Shown: positions 43,595-54,644, counted from the stretch's first letter. The stretch: 64,000 bases of DNA from an uncultured Ferrimonas sp. (GCF_947489035.1 NZ_CANLCI010000003.1:155533-219532), one strand, 5' to 3'. Program-made: numbers and translations. The notes: generated by a model from the sequence alone, not told the origin.

Positions 43595-43620
43595 CTATCG
43601 GCAGCCTGTACCAAACATTG
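43595..43620 (-). promoter_or_regulatory. Possible sigma28 (FliA)-type promoter upstream of the MCP gene
   Basis: The minus strand reads CAATGTTT-N10-GCCGATAG, versus the consensus TAAAGTTT-N11-GCCGATAA. It lies about 85 nt upstream of the start codon. The spacer is one nt short. Confidence 0.4.
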
Positions 43621-43779
43621 AGCATCCACTGGCGCTTTTTGTGCAAAAACGTTATTGCCATCACACCCACCCCAACAGCAACAATTCGCTTTAGTTTGAA
43701 AACAGTGGCAGGCAGTCAATTTGTTGCCAAAGTCAAAATATAATCATGCAATTACCGCAAGGTTTTGAGTCGAAACGGC

Positions 43780-43808
43780 ACAAAAACGCCAGCCCAAAGG
43801 CTGGCGTA
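43780..43808 (-). terminator. Rho-independent terminator downstream of hrpA
   Basis: acgccagcc-caaa-ggctggcgt, with TTTTTG on the minus strand. Confidence 0.75.
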
Positions 43809-43835
43809 AAATCGGCGTAACAACGGTGGCTGTCG

Positions 43836-46800
43836 CTACAGTTCGGCTAAGGCGTTACTGATCCGTTTATCGCTGATCGGGTATTTGGTGCCTAGGGTTT
43901 GCGCGAAGCTGCTCACCCGAAACTCTTCCAGCATCCAGCGGATCTCCACCAGCGCATCGGGGACAGCTTGGCCTTTAGGGATCTTCGCGACCGCTTGGTT
44001 ATAGCTCTGTTCGGCCTTCTGAATTTTCAGCAGCTGAACTCGATCTCGGTTTGGATCCACCGGCAGCTTCTCTAAACGGCGCTCAACCGCTTTGAGGTAA
44101 CGCACAATGTCATCCAATCGCGACCAACCGCTGTCCGCCACAAAACCCTTATAAACCAAACGATCCAGATGCGCCTGAATGTCCGACATCGCAAACGCAA
44201 TGTCTAAGCTGATCCGCCCTTTCAAACGTTTTTTCACTGCGCCCCAGGTGGTGAGGATCTTCTCAACCTTGGTGCCGATGGCCACCACCGTGTCGCCCAG
44301 TTCCGCGCGCACAACATCGCGCGCTTTGTTGAAGCTGGCTTCGTCGTTAACCACCAGCTTTTCCGTTGCTAAGATCTGATCGATGCCCGCATCAATGCAA
44401 TCGGCAATCAGCAGATCCACTCGGCCAAAGGGGTTAAAGTACATCGCCAGTTTTGACTTATTCGGCAGATTTTTCTGTAAATACTTAACCGGATTCGGCA
44501 CGTTAATCAGTAACAGTCGCCGTAAGCCAGCGCGATTGGCACTGTCGGCCTTTTGTTGTGAATCAAACAGTTTCACCGCCACGGTTTCGCCTTCGTCAAC
44601 TAAGGCGGGGAACGCTTTGATTTCGTAATTGCCGCGCTTTTGCTGGAAGCTAGTAGGTAACTGCCCCAAGGACCATTCGGTTAGGCCGGTTTTCTCGATG
44701 CCATTATCAGCCACCTTGGCGATCACCTGCTTCACTTTGCCTTGCAGTTGCTCCTTCAGGAGCAGCAGATCACGCCCCTGCCCTAGCACCTTGCCGTTAT
44801 CGTCTTCAACCTTAAAGTTAAACACTAGGTGCGCCGGCAATTGGCTTAAGTCAAAATCCTCTGGGGTTACTTTGGTGCCCGTCATCCGCAGCAGCTGTTT
44901 GCACAAGGCGTCTAGCCACGGCATCTGAAACGGGGTGATCGCCGCTAAGGCGGCGTCGGCGTAATTCGGTGCGGGCACAAAATTACGACGCAGCGGCTTA
45001 GGCAGCGACTTAATCAAAGCCACCAGCAGTTCATGACGCAGCCCCGGCACCTGATGATCAAAGCCGTCCGGCTCAAACTGGTTCAGCAGCGCCAATGGCA
45101 GATGCAGCGACACGCCATCGTCCTCTGCGGTGGGTTCAAACTGATAGGACAACGGTAAGGTAATCTCACCTTGAGTCCAAAAGTCGGGGAACTGCTGCTC
45201 GGTGATGTGCTCAGCGTCGTGCTTCATCAACTCACTTTTAGAAAAGTCGAGCAGATCGCTGTTGTTGCGTTTGGCTTTACTCCACCAGCCTTGGAATAGT
45301 TGGCGGGTGTAGATCCCTTGGCCGACTTTTTCATCGTAAAAAGCAAACAAGGTTTGCTCATCCACCAAGATGTCACGGCGACGCGACTTGTGCTCTAACG
45401 CCTCCACTTCATCCATCAGCGCCATGTTGCGCTGCATGAACTTCTCATTTAGCCCCAGCTCGCCATTGACAAGCGCTTCACGCAAGAAGATCTGCCGCGC
45501 TTCCACCGGTTCAATCGGGCCAAACTGCACTTTACGCTTCGCCACCACAATCAAGCCAAGCAGCGTCACTTGCTCAAACGCCAACACCGAGCCGGGCTTT
45601 TTCTCCCAATGGGGTTCGGTGTGGCTTTTCTTGATCAGGTGCGCGGCTAAGGGCTCAATCCACGCCGGATCGATCTTGGCCACGGTGCGGGCAAACAAAC
45701 GGCTGGTTTCAGTCAGCTCAGCGGCCATCAACCACTTCGGCGGCTTCTTGGCCAGCTTAGAGCCGGGGAAAACAAAGAACTTGCTGTTACGCGCGCCTTT
45801 AAAGTGGCCTTCCGCTTCTTTTTGGCCGATCTGCGACAACAACCCCGATAATATGGAGCGGTGGATCTGATCGTAATCGGCGCGCTCGCCAATGCTCATG
45901 CGAATATCAAGATCGGTTAGGCTGTGGCGCAATTGCGAATACAGATCTTGCCATTCCCGCACCCGCATGTAGTTCAAGTAATCTTGCTTACACTGACGTC
46001 GGAACTGGCTGCTCGACAGCGATTTTTGCTGTTCGCGCAGGTAATCCCACAGGTTTAAGAAGCCGATAAAGTCAGAGTCTTTATCGCTGAAGCGACTGTG
46101 CTTTTCATCGCTGGCTTGTTGCCTGTCGCTGGGGCGCTCGCGTGGATCTTGAATCGATAACGCCGCGGTGATCACCATCAGTTCGTGCACGCAACCATTG
46201 GGCTTTGCTTCTAACACCATCCGCGCCAAGCGGGGGTCAATTGGCAGGCGTGCCAACTGGCGGCCAAGCTTGGTCATGCTTGGCATGCCACGTTTAACGG
46301 TAATGGCGCTCAGCTCTTGCAGCAGGTTCATGCCATCGTTGATGTGGCGGCTGTCTGGCGGCTGAATAAACGGAAAGGCGGCGATGTCGCCTAACCCCAG
46401 TGCCAACATCTGCAAAATCACCGAGCCAAGGTTGGTACGCAGGATCTCCGGATCGGTAAACTCCGGCCGCGATTGAAAATCCTCTTCGCTGTATAAGCGG
46501 ATGCAGATCCCCTCAGACACACGACCACAACGGCCCGCACGCTGGTTAGCCGATGCCTGCGAAATCGGTTCAATCGGCAAGCGCTGCACCTTGGTGCGGT
46601 AGCTGTAACGGCTGATCCGCGCGGTTCCTGGGTCAATCACATACTTGATCCCCGGCACCGTTAACGAGGTTTCGGCCACGTTGGTCGACAGCACAATTCG
46701 GCGGCCATGGTGGCTGGCAAAAATGCGGGCCTGTTCGACGTGCGATAAGCGCGCATACAGCGGCAAAATCTCGGTATCACGCAGGTTACGGCGAGTTAGG

Positions 46801-47720
46801 GCATCGGCGGCGTCGCGAATTTCCCGCTCGCCGTTCATGAAGATCAGAATGTCGCCAGGGCCTTCGCTGCACAGTTCATCCACGGCGGCGAACAACCCTT
46901 CCATCATGTCCAGATCGGGGCCGTTCTCCCGCACCAGCGACATATAACGCTGTTCTACGGGGAAGGTACGGCCCGACACTTCAATCACGGGGGCCTGATT
47001 AAAGTGGTTAGAGAAACGCGCCACATCAATGGTGGCCGATGTGATCACCAGTTTGAGATCTGGCCGTTTAGGCAGCAGCTGCTTGATGTAACCCAAGATG
47101 AAATCGATGTTCAGCGAACGTTCGTGGGCTTCATCGATGATGATGGTGTCGTATTGGTCAAGCCAGCGGTCGTGCTGGATCTCCGCTAGCAAGATCCCGT
47201 CCGTCATCAACTTCACGTAGCTTTCGTCGCTGGTTTGATCGGCAAAGCGCACCTTAAAGCCGATGTGCTGCCCCAGCTCAGACTCAAGTTCTTGGGCCAC
47301 CCGGGTGGCGACGGCTCGGGCGGCTAACCGCCGCGGCTGTGTGTGGCCAATTAAGCCACGGGTACCGCGGCCAAGTTCCATACAGATCTTTGGCAACTGC
47401 GTGGTTTTACCGGAGCCGGTTTCACCCGCCACAATCACCACCTGATTGGCGGCAATCGCTGCTTTGATCTCATCACGGCGCGCCGATACCGGCAGATCGG
47501 GGTAAGTCACCTTAGGCAAGTTCAAGGTACGAATGGCCACCTGCTCTTGGCTGCGCTCAACCAGCTGTGCCAATTGCTGCTGCACTTGAGTGCGCTTTTC
47601 GGCGTCTTTAATTTTCTTCATGCCACTTAAACGGCGACGCACATTGGCGGCGTCTTTGGCAAGGCAGAGGGCCAGTTGATCAGGGGCAAACGGGTTTGAT
47701 TGACTCAAGGCGATTTCCAA
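43836..47720 (-). CDS. hrpA: ATP-dependent RNA helicase HrpA (DEAH box)
   Basis: About 1290 aa with GETGSGKTTQLPK, DEAHERS and QRAGRCGR, plus HA2/OB and a long C-terminal domain. No in-frame ATG lies near the N-terminus, so the start is TTG at 47720 or 47708. Confidence 0.95.
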   Translation of the reverse strand: MEIALSQSNPFAPDQLALCLAKDAANVRRRLSGMKKIKDAEKRTQVQQQLAQLVERSQEQVAIRTLNLPKVTYPDLPVSARRDEIKAAIAANQVVIVAGETGSGKTTQLPKICMELGRGTRGLIGHTQPRRLAARAVATRVAQELESELGQHIGFKVRFADQTSDESYVKLMTDGILLAEIQHDRWLDQYDTIIIDEAHERSLNIDFILGYIKQLLPKRPDLKLVITSATIDVARFSNHFNQAPVIEVSGRTFPVEQRYMSLVRENGPDLDMMEGLFAAVDELCSEGPGDILIFMNGEREIRDAADALTRRNLRDTEILPLYARLSHVEQARIFASHHGRRIVLSTNVAETSLTVPGIKYVIDPGTARISRYSYRTKVQRLPIEPISQASANQRAGRCGRVSEGICIRLYSEEDFQSRPEFTDPEILRTNLGSVILQMLALGLGDIAAFPFIQPPDSRHINDGMNLLQELSAITVKRGMPSMTKLGRQLARLPIDPRLARMVLEAKPNGCVHELMVITAALSIQDPRERPSDRQQASDEKHSRFSDKDSDFIGFLNLWDYLREQQKSLSSSQFRRQCKQDYLNYMRVREWQDLYSQLRHSLTDLDIRMSIGERADYDQIHRSILSGLLSQIGQKEAEGHFKGARNSKFFVFPGSKLAKKPPKWLMAAELTETSRLFARTVAKIDPAWIEPLAAHLIKKSHTEPHWEKKPGSVLAFEQVTLLGLIVVAKRKVQFGPIEPVEARQIFLREALVNGELGLNEKFMQRNMALMDEVEALEHKSRRRDILVDEQTLFAFYDEKVGQGIYTRQLFQGWWSKAKRNNSDLLDFSKSELMKHDAEHITEQQFPDFWTQGEITLPLSYQFEPTAEDDGVSLHLPLALLNQFEPDGFDHQVPGLRHELLVALIKSLPKPLRRNFVPAPNYADAALAAITPFQMPWLDALCKQLLRMTGTKVTPEDFDLSQLPAHLVFNFKVEDDNGKVLGQGRDLLLLKEQLQGKVKQVIAKVADNGIEKTGLTEWSLGQLPTSFQQKRGNYEIKAFPALVDEGETVAVKLFDSQQKADSANRAGLRRLLLINVPNPVKYLQKNLPNKSKLAMYFNPFGRVDLLIADCIDAGIDQILATEKLVVNDEASFNKARDVVRAELGDTVVAIGTKVEKILTTWGAVKKRLKGRISLDIAFAMSDIQAHLDRLVYKGFVADSGWSRLDDIVRYLKAVERRLEKLPVDPNRDRVQLLKIQKAEQSYNQAVAKIPKGQAVPDALVEIRWMLEEFRVSSFAQTLGTKYPISDKRISNALAEL

Positions 47721-47887
47721 TACGGCTAGTTAACCGCCAGATCCTAGCAGGGTGAATTAATAATGCGAAGACCACAGGCACGCTAACTGCACCATCCGCA
47801 CGAACTTTCAACAGGGTTGTCTCACTCGCGGTTGCATTTTGCACAAATTGACGCAAGATGGATGCAACACTATTAACAAGGATTGTT

Positions 47888-48910
47888 ATGCGCCCCACCG
47901 TAAAACTGCGTCTGAGCTATCTTGTGCTCGCCATCAGCAGTTATTTTATCGCCTTTGGTTTTACCCCCAGCACGCTAACAACCATCACCGAACAATATCT
48001 GCTGGCCGCTATTTCCATTTTATTATTCATTTTACTGCCCCTGTGTTATTGGCGGTTGCTGATCACCACCAAGTTGGCCAAACCGTGGCGCGTCTTAGTG
48101 ATTTTAGGGCTGTCGGGGCTGGTGGCGCGTTTTACCTATCCCGCCCAGTTCAGCAGCTACTTCGAATTTTTGATGTGGCTGCGTTATCCCATCATGGCAG
48201 TCATCTTAATTGCTGAGGTTTTGCTATTGGTTACCGTGATTCAGGGCCTCTGGCGCAGCCGCAAACAATCCGCCGATCCGCGTTTATCCGTGGCCTTAAA
48301 TGAAGATTATAAGCAGGAAGAGGCAAAGCAGAGCATGGCCTTGGTTGTGGCGGGTGAACCGGCATCGTGGCTCTATTTAAACCCGCGTTTAAGCCGTAAG
48401 TTACCACCGGCGTTAACCCAGCTTCACAGCTATTCGGCCTCCCGATGGCATTGGCTGCTCTTGACGCTCACAACACTGCTGCTCGCCGGTGGCGCCTATT
48501 TCGCCTTGCAATTGTTCAGCCCAATTGCCGCCATCGTTGTGTCCTCTTTTATCGCCTATTCCCTGATATTTGTTACCGCCCATCACCGCGCGGCTCGCCA
48601 TCACTCCATCTATGTTGATCACGACAATTTGGTTATTAATGTTGGCTTGTGGGGGTTATTAGTGCTGCCCATTAACGCCATTGATAGCCTCTATGCTGAG
48701 GCCAATACAGAGCCAAACACGCTGCATCTGGGCAAGGCCAACGCAGCAGCTGCTATCACCCTTCGTTTGGCCGAACCACAAACCTACTTCAGTGGTTTGG
48801 GCTTCATCAGCGATCAAGTGGATACCGTTACCCTGCACTTAGATAACGCTCAGCCTATTTTTAATTGGCATCAACAAAGGCCGCCAATGCCTGCTCTAAA
48901 AATCGCTTAA
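47888..48910 (+). CDS. Hypothetical polytopic membrane protein
   Basis: About 340 aa with several TM helices. I chose the start MRPTVKL because AAGGA lies 6 nt upstream. The track ORF starts at 47858. I recognised no family. Confidence 0.6.
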   Translation: MRPTVKLRLSYLVLAISSYFIAFGFTPSTLTTITEQYLLAAISILLFILLPLCYWRLLITTKLAKPWRVLVILGLSGLVARFTYPAQFSSYFEFLMWLRYPIMAVILIAEVLLLVTVIQGLWRSRKQSADPRLSVALNEDYKQEEAKQSMALVVAGEPASWLYLNPRLSRKLPPALTQLHSYSASRWHWLLLTLTTLLLAGGAYFALQLFSPIAAIVVSSFIAYSLIFVTAHHRAARHHSIYVDHDNLVINVGLWGLLVLPINAIDSLYAEANTEPNTLHLGKANAAAAITLRLAEPQTYFSGLGFISDQVDTVTLHLDNAQPIFNWHQQRPPMPALKIA

Positions 48911-48982
48911 CCGATTGCTCGACAGGCATTGGCGTTCTATCGCAACGGTTCTAACTCAGCCAATTTCCGTGATCGTGCCCAT

Positions 48983-49013
48983 AAAAAAAGGAGCTCAACT
49001 GAGCTCCTTTTTC
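48983..49013. terminator. Bidirectional terminator between convergent genes
   Basis: aaaaaaa-ggagctc-aact-gagctcc-ttttt. Confidence 0.85.
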
Positions 49014-49026
49014 TCTGCTTCAGCGC

Positions 49027-52000
49027 TTAGGCGCTGTGTGCCGATTCCTGCTTATCAATTCTAAACAGCACCGAATACAGCACTGGCACAATCACCAAGG
49101 TCAATACCGTGGCGAAGGTTAAACCGAACACCATCACTACCGACATCGACTTAAAGAATGCATCGAAGAACAGCGGGATCACCCCCAGCACCGTGGTTAG
49201 CGCCCCCATCATCACTGGGCGCAAACGGCTGACCGAAGCATCGATGATGGCGTCAAAGCGCGGTTTGCCCGAGTCGATCTCAACGTCAATTTGATCCACC
49301 AACACAATGGCGTTCTTAATCAACAGTCCCGACAGGGATAACAGCCCCAAAATGCCCATGAATTCCAGCGGTGTTTCCGTCAGCACTAAGCCCAGTACCA
49401 CCCCGATAAAGGCAAGCGGTACCACCAACCAGATCACCACCGGTTGCTTCACTGCGTTAAACAGCAGCAGCACCACAATCACCATCGCCATCAACCCCAG
49501 CGGAATGGTCGAGGCCAAATCTTCGTTCGATTCGGTTGAATCGCCGTAGATCCCCTCCCACTTGAAACTGTAACCATCGGGCAATTCGATGGCTTCAATC
49601 TCCGCACTGATGCGCCCACGCAGATCCGACTCCAGTTCATCCGGCGCAGTATTGACCTGCGCCTTGATGGTCCACACTCGGTTGACTCGACGCAATTGCG
49701 CATCACGCCATTGGGTATCGATGCTGGTGGTTACCGCGCTCAGTGGCGCCACAGAGGCCGTTGCCGAGCCAATCACCTGCACGTTGCCAATGTTGGCGAT
49801 GTCTTGCCGTTCTTGCGCTGGCGCCCGAGAGATGATCGGCAATAACTTATCGGCCTCGCGGTAAGTGCCAATTTCGCGGCCATTGAAGTTAGTTTGCAAC
49901 GCTTTGGCCAGATCTTGACGGCTGATCCCGGCCCGCTGACCGGTTTGCTCGTCGTAGTGCGGTACGATCATCGGCACCTTCGCGCGCCAATCATCCCGCA
50001 CCGCAACACCGCGGCCATCGGCGGCCATGATCGCTTTGGCTTGATCGGCTAAGTTACGCAACACATCCGGATCGGGGCCAGTGAAGGTGGCTTCAATATC
50101 GGCGCCGCCCCCAGGGCCAAGCACAAAGCGCCAGACCATCGTTTGTGCATCCACAAACTCTTGATCCAACTGCGTGCGAATGGTTGGGATCAAATCATCA
50201 ATGCGCTTGTAGTCATCCACTCGGATCAGCAGTTGGCCATACGAGGAGTTCGGCGACTGCGGCGCGTACACCAACATGTAGCGTAACCCCCCAGCCCCCA
50301 CCGAAGACTCGATGGACTCAACCCCATCTAAGCCAGCAACAAAGGTTTCAATCTGCTTAATGTCCGCTTCCGTGCGGCTGATGTCGGTGCCTTCCGGCAA
50401 CCAGTAATCCACCACCAATTGCGGCGAGGTCGAGGTTGGGAAGAAGCCTGGTTTAATGAACTGCGCCCCCCAAAGTGACAAGACAAACAGGCCAATCACC
50501 GAGGCCAGCGTCAGCACCCGATGCTTCAGTGCTGAGCGCACGAGCGATTTGTAGCCGCCCAGTACGGCGCCCACTTTCTCTTGTTCAGCTTCGGCGTCAC
50601 CGCGATCTTTAAACAACAGATAACAGAACCACGGCGTTAGCGTTACCGCAAACAGCCAGCTGTAAAGCAGTGAAATTAAGATCACCCAAAACAGGTGGCC
50701 GGTGTACTCCGCGGTGCTGCCCGGCGCAAAGCCGATAGGCGCGAAAGCCAAACAACCAACGATGGTACCGCCCAGCAATGGCCATTGGGTTTGGGTAACA
50801 ATCTCTTTGGCGATCTGCAACTTGCCGATCCCCCGTTTAATGCCAACCAAGATCCCTTCCGTCACTACAATGGCGTTATCCACCATCATCCCCAACGCGA
50901 TAATCAAGGCACCAAGGGAGATCCGGTGCATTGGGATCCCCGCCACTTCCATGGTGGCTAAGGTCGCCGCGATGGTCAGCAGCAAGATAGCGCCAATCAC
51001 CAGCGACGATTGCAGCCCCATAAACAGCAGTAAGGTGATCACCACAATCACCAAGGCGGCGATAACGTTCGCGACAAAGTTTTCTACCGAAGCTTCGACT
51101 TCTTGGCCTTGATGGTAGAACTGCTGGATCTGCATGCCCCAAGGGCGACGGCTTTCCGATTCAGCAATGCGCGCATCCAACGCCTTACCAACGGCCACCA
51201 CGTTCGAGCCCAAAACATTGGAGATCCCCAGTGCAATCGCCTTTTGTTGATTAAAGCGCAACAAGCTTTCTGGTGGTGTTTTGAAGCCACGGTAAACGTC
51301 GGCGATGTCCCGCAAAAAGATGGTTTTGCCGTCACTGGCATCGGAAACCAAGGTGTTCTTCAACGATTGAATCGAGTCAACGGCACCGCTGGGGGCGATC
51401 ACCAACCGCTGTTGCCCCACTTGCAAATTACCGGCATTCACCACTTGGTTTTGCGCCGCTAATTTAGAGGTGATGTTGTCGAGCGATAGCCCCAACGAGC
51501 GCAACGTCTCACGATTAAACTCGACAAATATCGCTTCGGTTTGGTCGCCAAGCACCGTGACCTTCGCCACATTATCAATCTGCTCCAGCTCGGATTTCAG
51601 ATCCTTGGCGTAATCAAGCAGTTCGCCGTAGTTGTAATCGTTGCCGGTCAGCAGGTAATACATGCCATACACGTCACCAAAGTCATCGGCCACGATAGGC
51701 TCTTGCGCGCCAGGCGGTAACTGGTAAACGTTATCCGACACCTTGTTTCGTAATTTGCTCCAGATCGTGGACAGCGCCGCTTTGGTTTTCGAGAACTCGT
51801 ATTTAATTTCAACGGTGATCTCGGATTTACCAAAACTGGATACCGACCGCACCTCTTCCACCTCTTGCAGCTGGCGGATCGCCACCTCTAAGGTTTCCGA
51901 CACTTCCTCTGCAACTTCTGTTGGGGTTGCGCCGGGGTAATAGGTGATCACCTGCGCTTCACGAATGGTGAAGTCGGGATCTTCCAATCGCGGCATATAT

Positions 52001-52089
52001 TGGTACGCATTCCAACCGCCAATCAGCGACATCAAGATAACGATGACACTGAGCACACGGTTGCGAATGGTAAATTCAGCAAAATTCAT
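49027..52089 (-). CDS. RND family efflux transporter permease (AcrB/HAE-1-like)
   Basis: 1020 aa with 12-TM RND architecture and two large periplasmic loops. The N-terminus is FTIRNRVLSVIVILMSLIGG. Confidence 0.92.
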   Translation of the reverse strand: MNFAEFTIRNRVLSVIVILMSLIGGWNAYQYMPRLEDPDFTIREAQVITYYPGATPTEVAEEVSETLEVAIRQLQEVEEVRSVSSFGKSEITVEIKYEFSKTKAALSTIWSKLRNKVSDNVYQLPPGAQEPIVADDFGDVYGMYYLLTGNDYNYGELLDYAKDLKSELEQIDNVAKVTVLGDQTEAIFVEFNRETLRSLGLSLDNITSKLAAQNQVVNAGNLQVGQQRLVIAPSGAVDSIQSLKNTLVSDASDGKTIFLRDIADVYRGFKTPPESLLRFNQQKAIALGISNVLGSNVVAVGKALDARIAESESRRPWGMQIQQFYHQGQEVEASVENFVANVIAALVIVVITLLLFMGLQSSLVIGAILLLTIAATLATMEVAGIPMHRISLGALIIALGMMVDNAIVVTEGILVGIKRGIGKLQIAKEIVTQTQWPLLGGTIVGCLAFAPIGFAPGSTAEYTGHLFWVILISLLYSWLFAVTLTPWFCYLLFKDRGDAEAEQEKVGAVLGGYKSLVRSALKHRVLTLASVIGLFVLSLWGAQFIKPGFFPTSTSPQLVVDYWLPEGTDISRTEADIKQIETFVAGLDGVESIESSVGAGGLRYMLVYAPQSPNSSYGQLLIRVDDYKRIDDLIPTIRTQLDQEFVDAQTMVWRFVLGPGGGADIEATFTGPDPDVLRNLADQAKAIMAADGRGVAVRDDWRAKVPMIVPHYDEQTGQRAGISRQDLAKALQTNFNGREIGTYREADKLLPIISRAPAQERQDIANIGNVQVIGSATASVAPLSAVTTSIDTQWRDAQLRRVNRVWTIKAQVNTAPDELESDLRGRISAEIEAIELPDGYSFKWEGIYGDSTESNEDLASTIPLGLMAMVIVVLLLFNAVKQPVVIWLVVPLAFIGVVLGLVLTETPLEFMGILGLLSLSGLLIKNAIVLVDQIDVEIDSGKPRFDAIIDASVSRLRPVMMGALTTVLGVIPLFFDAFFKSMSVVMVFGLTFATVLTLVIVPVLYSVLFRIDKQESAHSA

Positions 52090-52105
52090 GCAATAGCCTC
52101 AAGTG

Positions 52106-53161
52106 TTAACGCTGCCAAGGACGGATCTGTATGCCCGCAGAGAGGAAATCGCCGCCGGCCGCCACAATCATGTCGCCAGCTTCTACCCCAGAAATCACAT
52201 CAATGCTGTCGCCCACCGATGGGGCAATCTCAACGTAACGTTTGCTGATGGTGTGTTGTTGCTGGTCATACAGCCACACAAAGTGCTTATCCGCTTCCGC
52301 CAAAACCGCTGGCAGTGGCACGCTAAAGGGCTGCGATTCCCCTTCGGCCAGGCTGCGAGACACATGCAGCTGAGCATTCATCCCCGGCAACACCACCTGC
52401 CCTTCCGGCGCTTGGAAGTGGAAGGTGACTTCATAGGTTTGCGAGGCGGCATCGGCTTCTAAAACCACCGAATTAAAATTGGCGGGGATCTGAACCTGTG
52501 GCGCGCTCGGCAGCACCACATAAGCGCTCAAGCCACTGGCGTCGTTGGAACGCGCCATCAGCGCAGCGGGCACATTAATCGACACTTCCATCAGATCCGC
52601 CGCAAACACCGTGGCCACCAAGGTGCCCGCACTGATGTTATCCAGCTGCGATACCGGCAACTTCGCGATCACGCCATCGTACGGGGCGCGCAGGCTAGTA
52701 TCGTTTAACGCTTTTTGAGCGGTTTCAAACTGTGAACGAGTGACATCTCGATTCGATGTCAGCTCTTCCAGATCACTTTGCGATATGGCGTTGGTTTGCT
52801 TTAGCTTCACCGCCCGCTGATAACTGGACTCGGCATTGCGGTATTGCGCTTCAGCCGACACCAGGTTGCTTTTAAAATCGGTGTCATCCAGCTGGGCCAG
52901 CAGATCGCCCTGCTTCACCTCTTCGCCTTCATCGACGGTAATGGTTTGGATCAAGCCACTGACTTGAAACGCCAAGTTGGCACTTTCAGCGGCGGCAACC
53001 ACGGCAGGGAAACTCTGCATCTGCGCGGTGCGTGCATCTTCTACGGTAAAGAGTTTGGCTGGACGCGGTTTCACCTGCGCTTGCGGCGCTTGAGATCCAT
53101 TGTCACAGCCGGCCAGCCCAAGGGCCGCGGTTACACTAAGGAGTAACAAAGTTTTTTTCAT
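52106..53161 (-). CDS. RND efflux periplasmic adaptor (membrane fusion protein) lipoprotein
   Basis: 351 aa with lipobox LGLAGC and HlyD/AcrA-type lipoyl, coiled-coil and beta-barrel segments. It lies immediately upstream of the RND permease. Confidence 0.88.
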   Translation of the reverse strand: MKKTLLLLSVTAALGLAGCDNGSQAPQAQVKPRPAKLFTVEDARTAQMQSFPAVVAAAESANLAFQVSGLIQTITVDEGEEVKQGDLLAQLDDTDFKSNLVSAEAQYRNAESSYQRAVKLKQTNAISQSDLEELTSNRDVTRSQFETAQKALNDTSLRAPYDGVIAKLPVSQLDNISAGTLVATVFAADLMEVSINVPAALMARSNDASGLSAYVVLPSAPQVQIPANFNSVVLEADAASQTYEVTFHFQAPEGQVVLPGMNAQLHVSRSLAEGESQPFSVPLPAVLAEADKHFVWLYDQQQHTISKRYVEIAPSVGDSIDVISGVEAGDMIVAAGGDFLSAGIQIRPWQR

Positions 53162-53389
53162 ATCATGCTCTAGTCACAGATGAACAATTAATGGGGACGC
53201 CAATCGCGATCATTGCTGATTTCCCAGCTATTAAAAATCTTACCAGTTGATCAACACGTTAGGTAAATAAACCGTCATTAAGTTCCGACGGCTTCACGCC
53301 CCGTAATGATTACGATTCTGTCGTGGCAGATAGGCTAAAGGGTAGCCACAGTGCTGTGAAATAGCTGTGAGGAGAGGGCTAAACCGGAA

Positions 53390-53424
53390 GTGAAACAATA
53401 ACATGGCGAGCCATGTGGCTCGCC
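53390..53424 (-). terminator. Probable terminator downstream of folE
   Basis: ggcgagcc-atgt-ggctcgcc stem directly after the stop. The trailing U-tract is only moderate (AUGUUAUUGUUU). Confidence 0.55.
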
Positions 53425-53428
53425 AGGC

Positions 53429-54085
53429 TTACATCGCCAGAAATTCGGCGCGGGTGCGGGCGTCACTGCGAAAGTTGCCACCCAAGGCGGTGGTGGTGGT
53501 GTGGGAGTTGACGTCCATCACCCCGCGGGACTTAACGCAGTAATGAGTTGCATTGATTGAGACCGCGACGTTGTCGGTTCCCAACAGAGTTTGCAGCGAC
53601 ACCAAAACTTGTCGGGTTAACCGTTCTTGCACCTGAGGACGTTGTGAGAAAAAGCGCACAATGCGGTTGATCTTCGACAAGCCGATCACTTTTGACTTAG
53701 GAATGTACGACACCTTGGCAAAACCATCGATGGTAACGAAGTGATGTTCACAGGTACTGGTAAGGTTGATGTCGGCGACTGTTACCATTTCATCCACCCC
53801 CATTTTATTGTCGATGACCGACATCTTAGGGAAGGTGCTGTAATCCAGCCCAGAGAACACCTCGTCAACGTACATTTTCGCGATGCGGTGTGGGGTTTTT
53901 TCTAAGCTGTCATCGCTGCGATCCAGCCCCAAGGTATCCATCATCTCGGCCATGAGCTGCTGAATGCGTTGATATTTTTCATCGCGGCTAAGGCCATTAT
54001 CGATCATCGGGGTTTCTAACCCTTTCGCCTCAAGGGCGCTGCGCACCAATTGTGCTTGTTCCGAAATCGAAATCATCGTTTTCAT
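53429..54085 (-). CDS. folE: GTP cyclohydrolase I (FolE, type 1)
   Basis: Colinear with E. coli FolE ([35 protein letters not shown]). The start is at 54085 (MKTMISIS) or 54076. The track ORF extends to 54142. Confidence 0.93.
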   Translation of the reverse strand: MKTMISISEQAQLVRSALEAKGLETPMIDNGLSRDEKYQRIQQLMAEMMDTLGLDRSDDSLEKTPHRIAKMYVDEVFSGLDYSTFPKMSVIDNKMGVDEMVTVADINLTSTCEHHFVTIDGFAKVSYIPKSKVIGLSKINRIVRFFSQRPQVQERLTRQVLVSLQTLLGTDNVAVSINATHYCVKSRGVMDVNSHTTTTALGGNFRSDARTRAEFLAM

Positions 54086-54644
54086 CCAGACAGTTGATTT
54101 TAAATGGTTACGGATAGTGTAGCGAAAAGGATTGTGACTCAAGTTTACGCGGCAATAAATTGGTCGGGCTTAGGTCTCACTTTTGCACCAATTGGTTTGA
54201 CACGCTCACTCTTCAAACAAACCTCAAAGCCAGACACAGCAAGGGCTGCAGAGTGATCCAGCTCTCATAAATTTTCTCTTTAATTAACGATTTTTCCGAT
54301 TTATGCGCGCATGAATAAATTCACACCGAAGAATATTCACCTGCAAGTGTAAAGCTAAATGCCCACCCCATCGGGCTTTACGTAAACTTTTGTCCTCTAC
54401 GGTCACTAAACCGCTAATTTGCACTCATTTTCTTCGTTTGAGCTCCGTTGCCAATTGGGTTACTTAGTCCGTGGGATGCCGTGGTGGCGGCCACCGCATC
54501 CCTCTTGGCCGACAAAAGAGCAGATGGCTAACGTTCGAAAAAACAACAGCTATGCTGTAGTTGCCGTTTTCGTGTCTGCATTCATTCTTTTGATTTTACG
54601 CTATAGCCACGCCATTAAAGGACAAAAAGTTGGAGAACAGCGAT

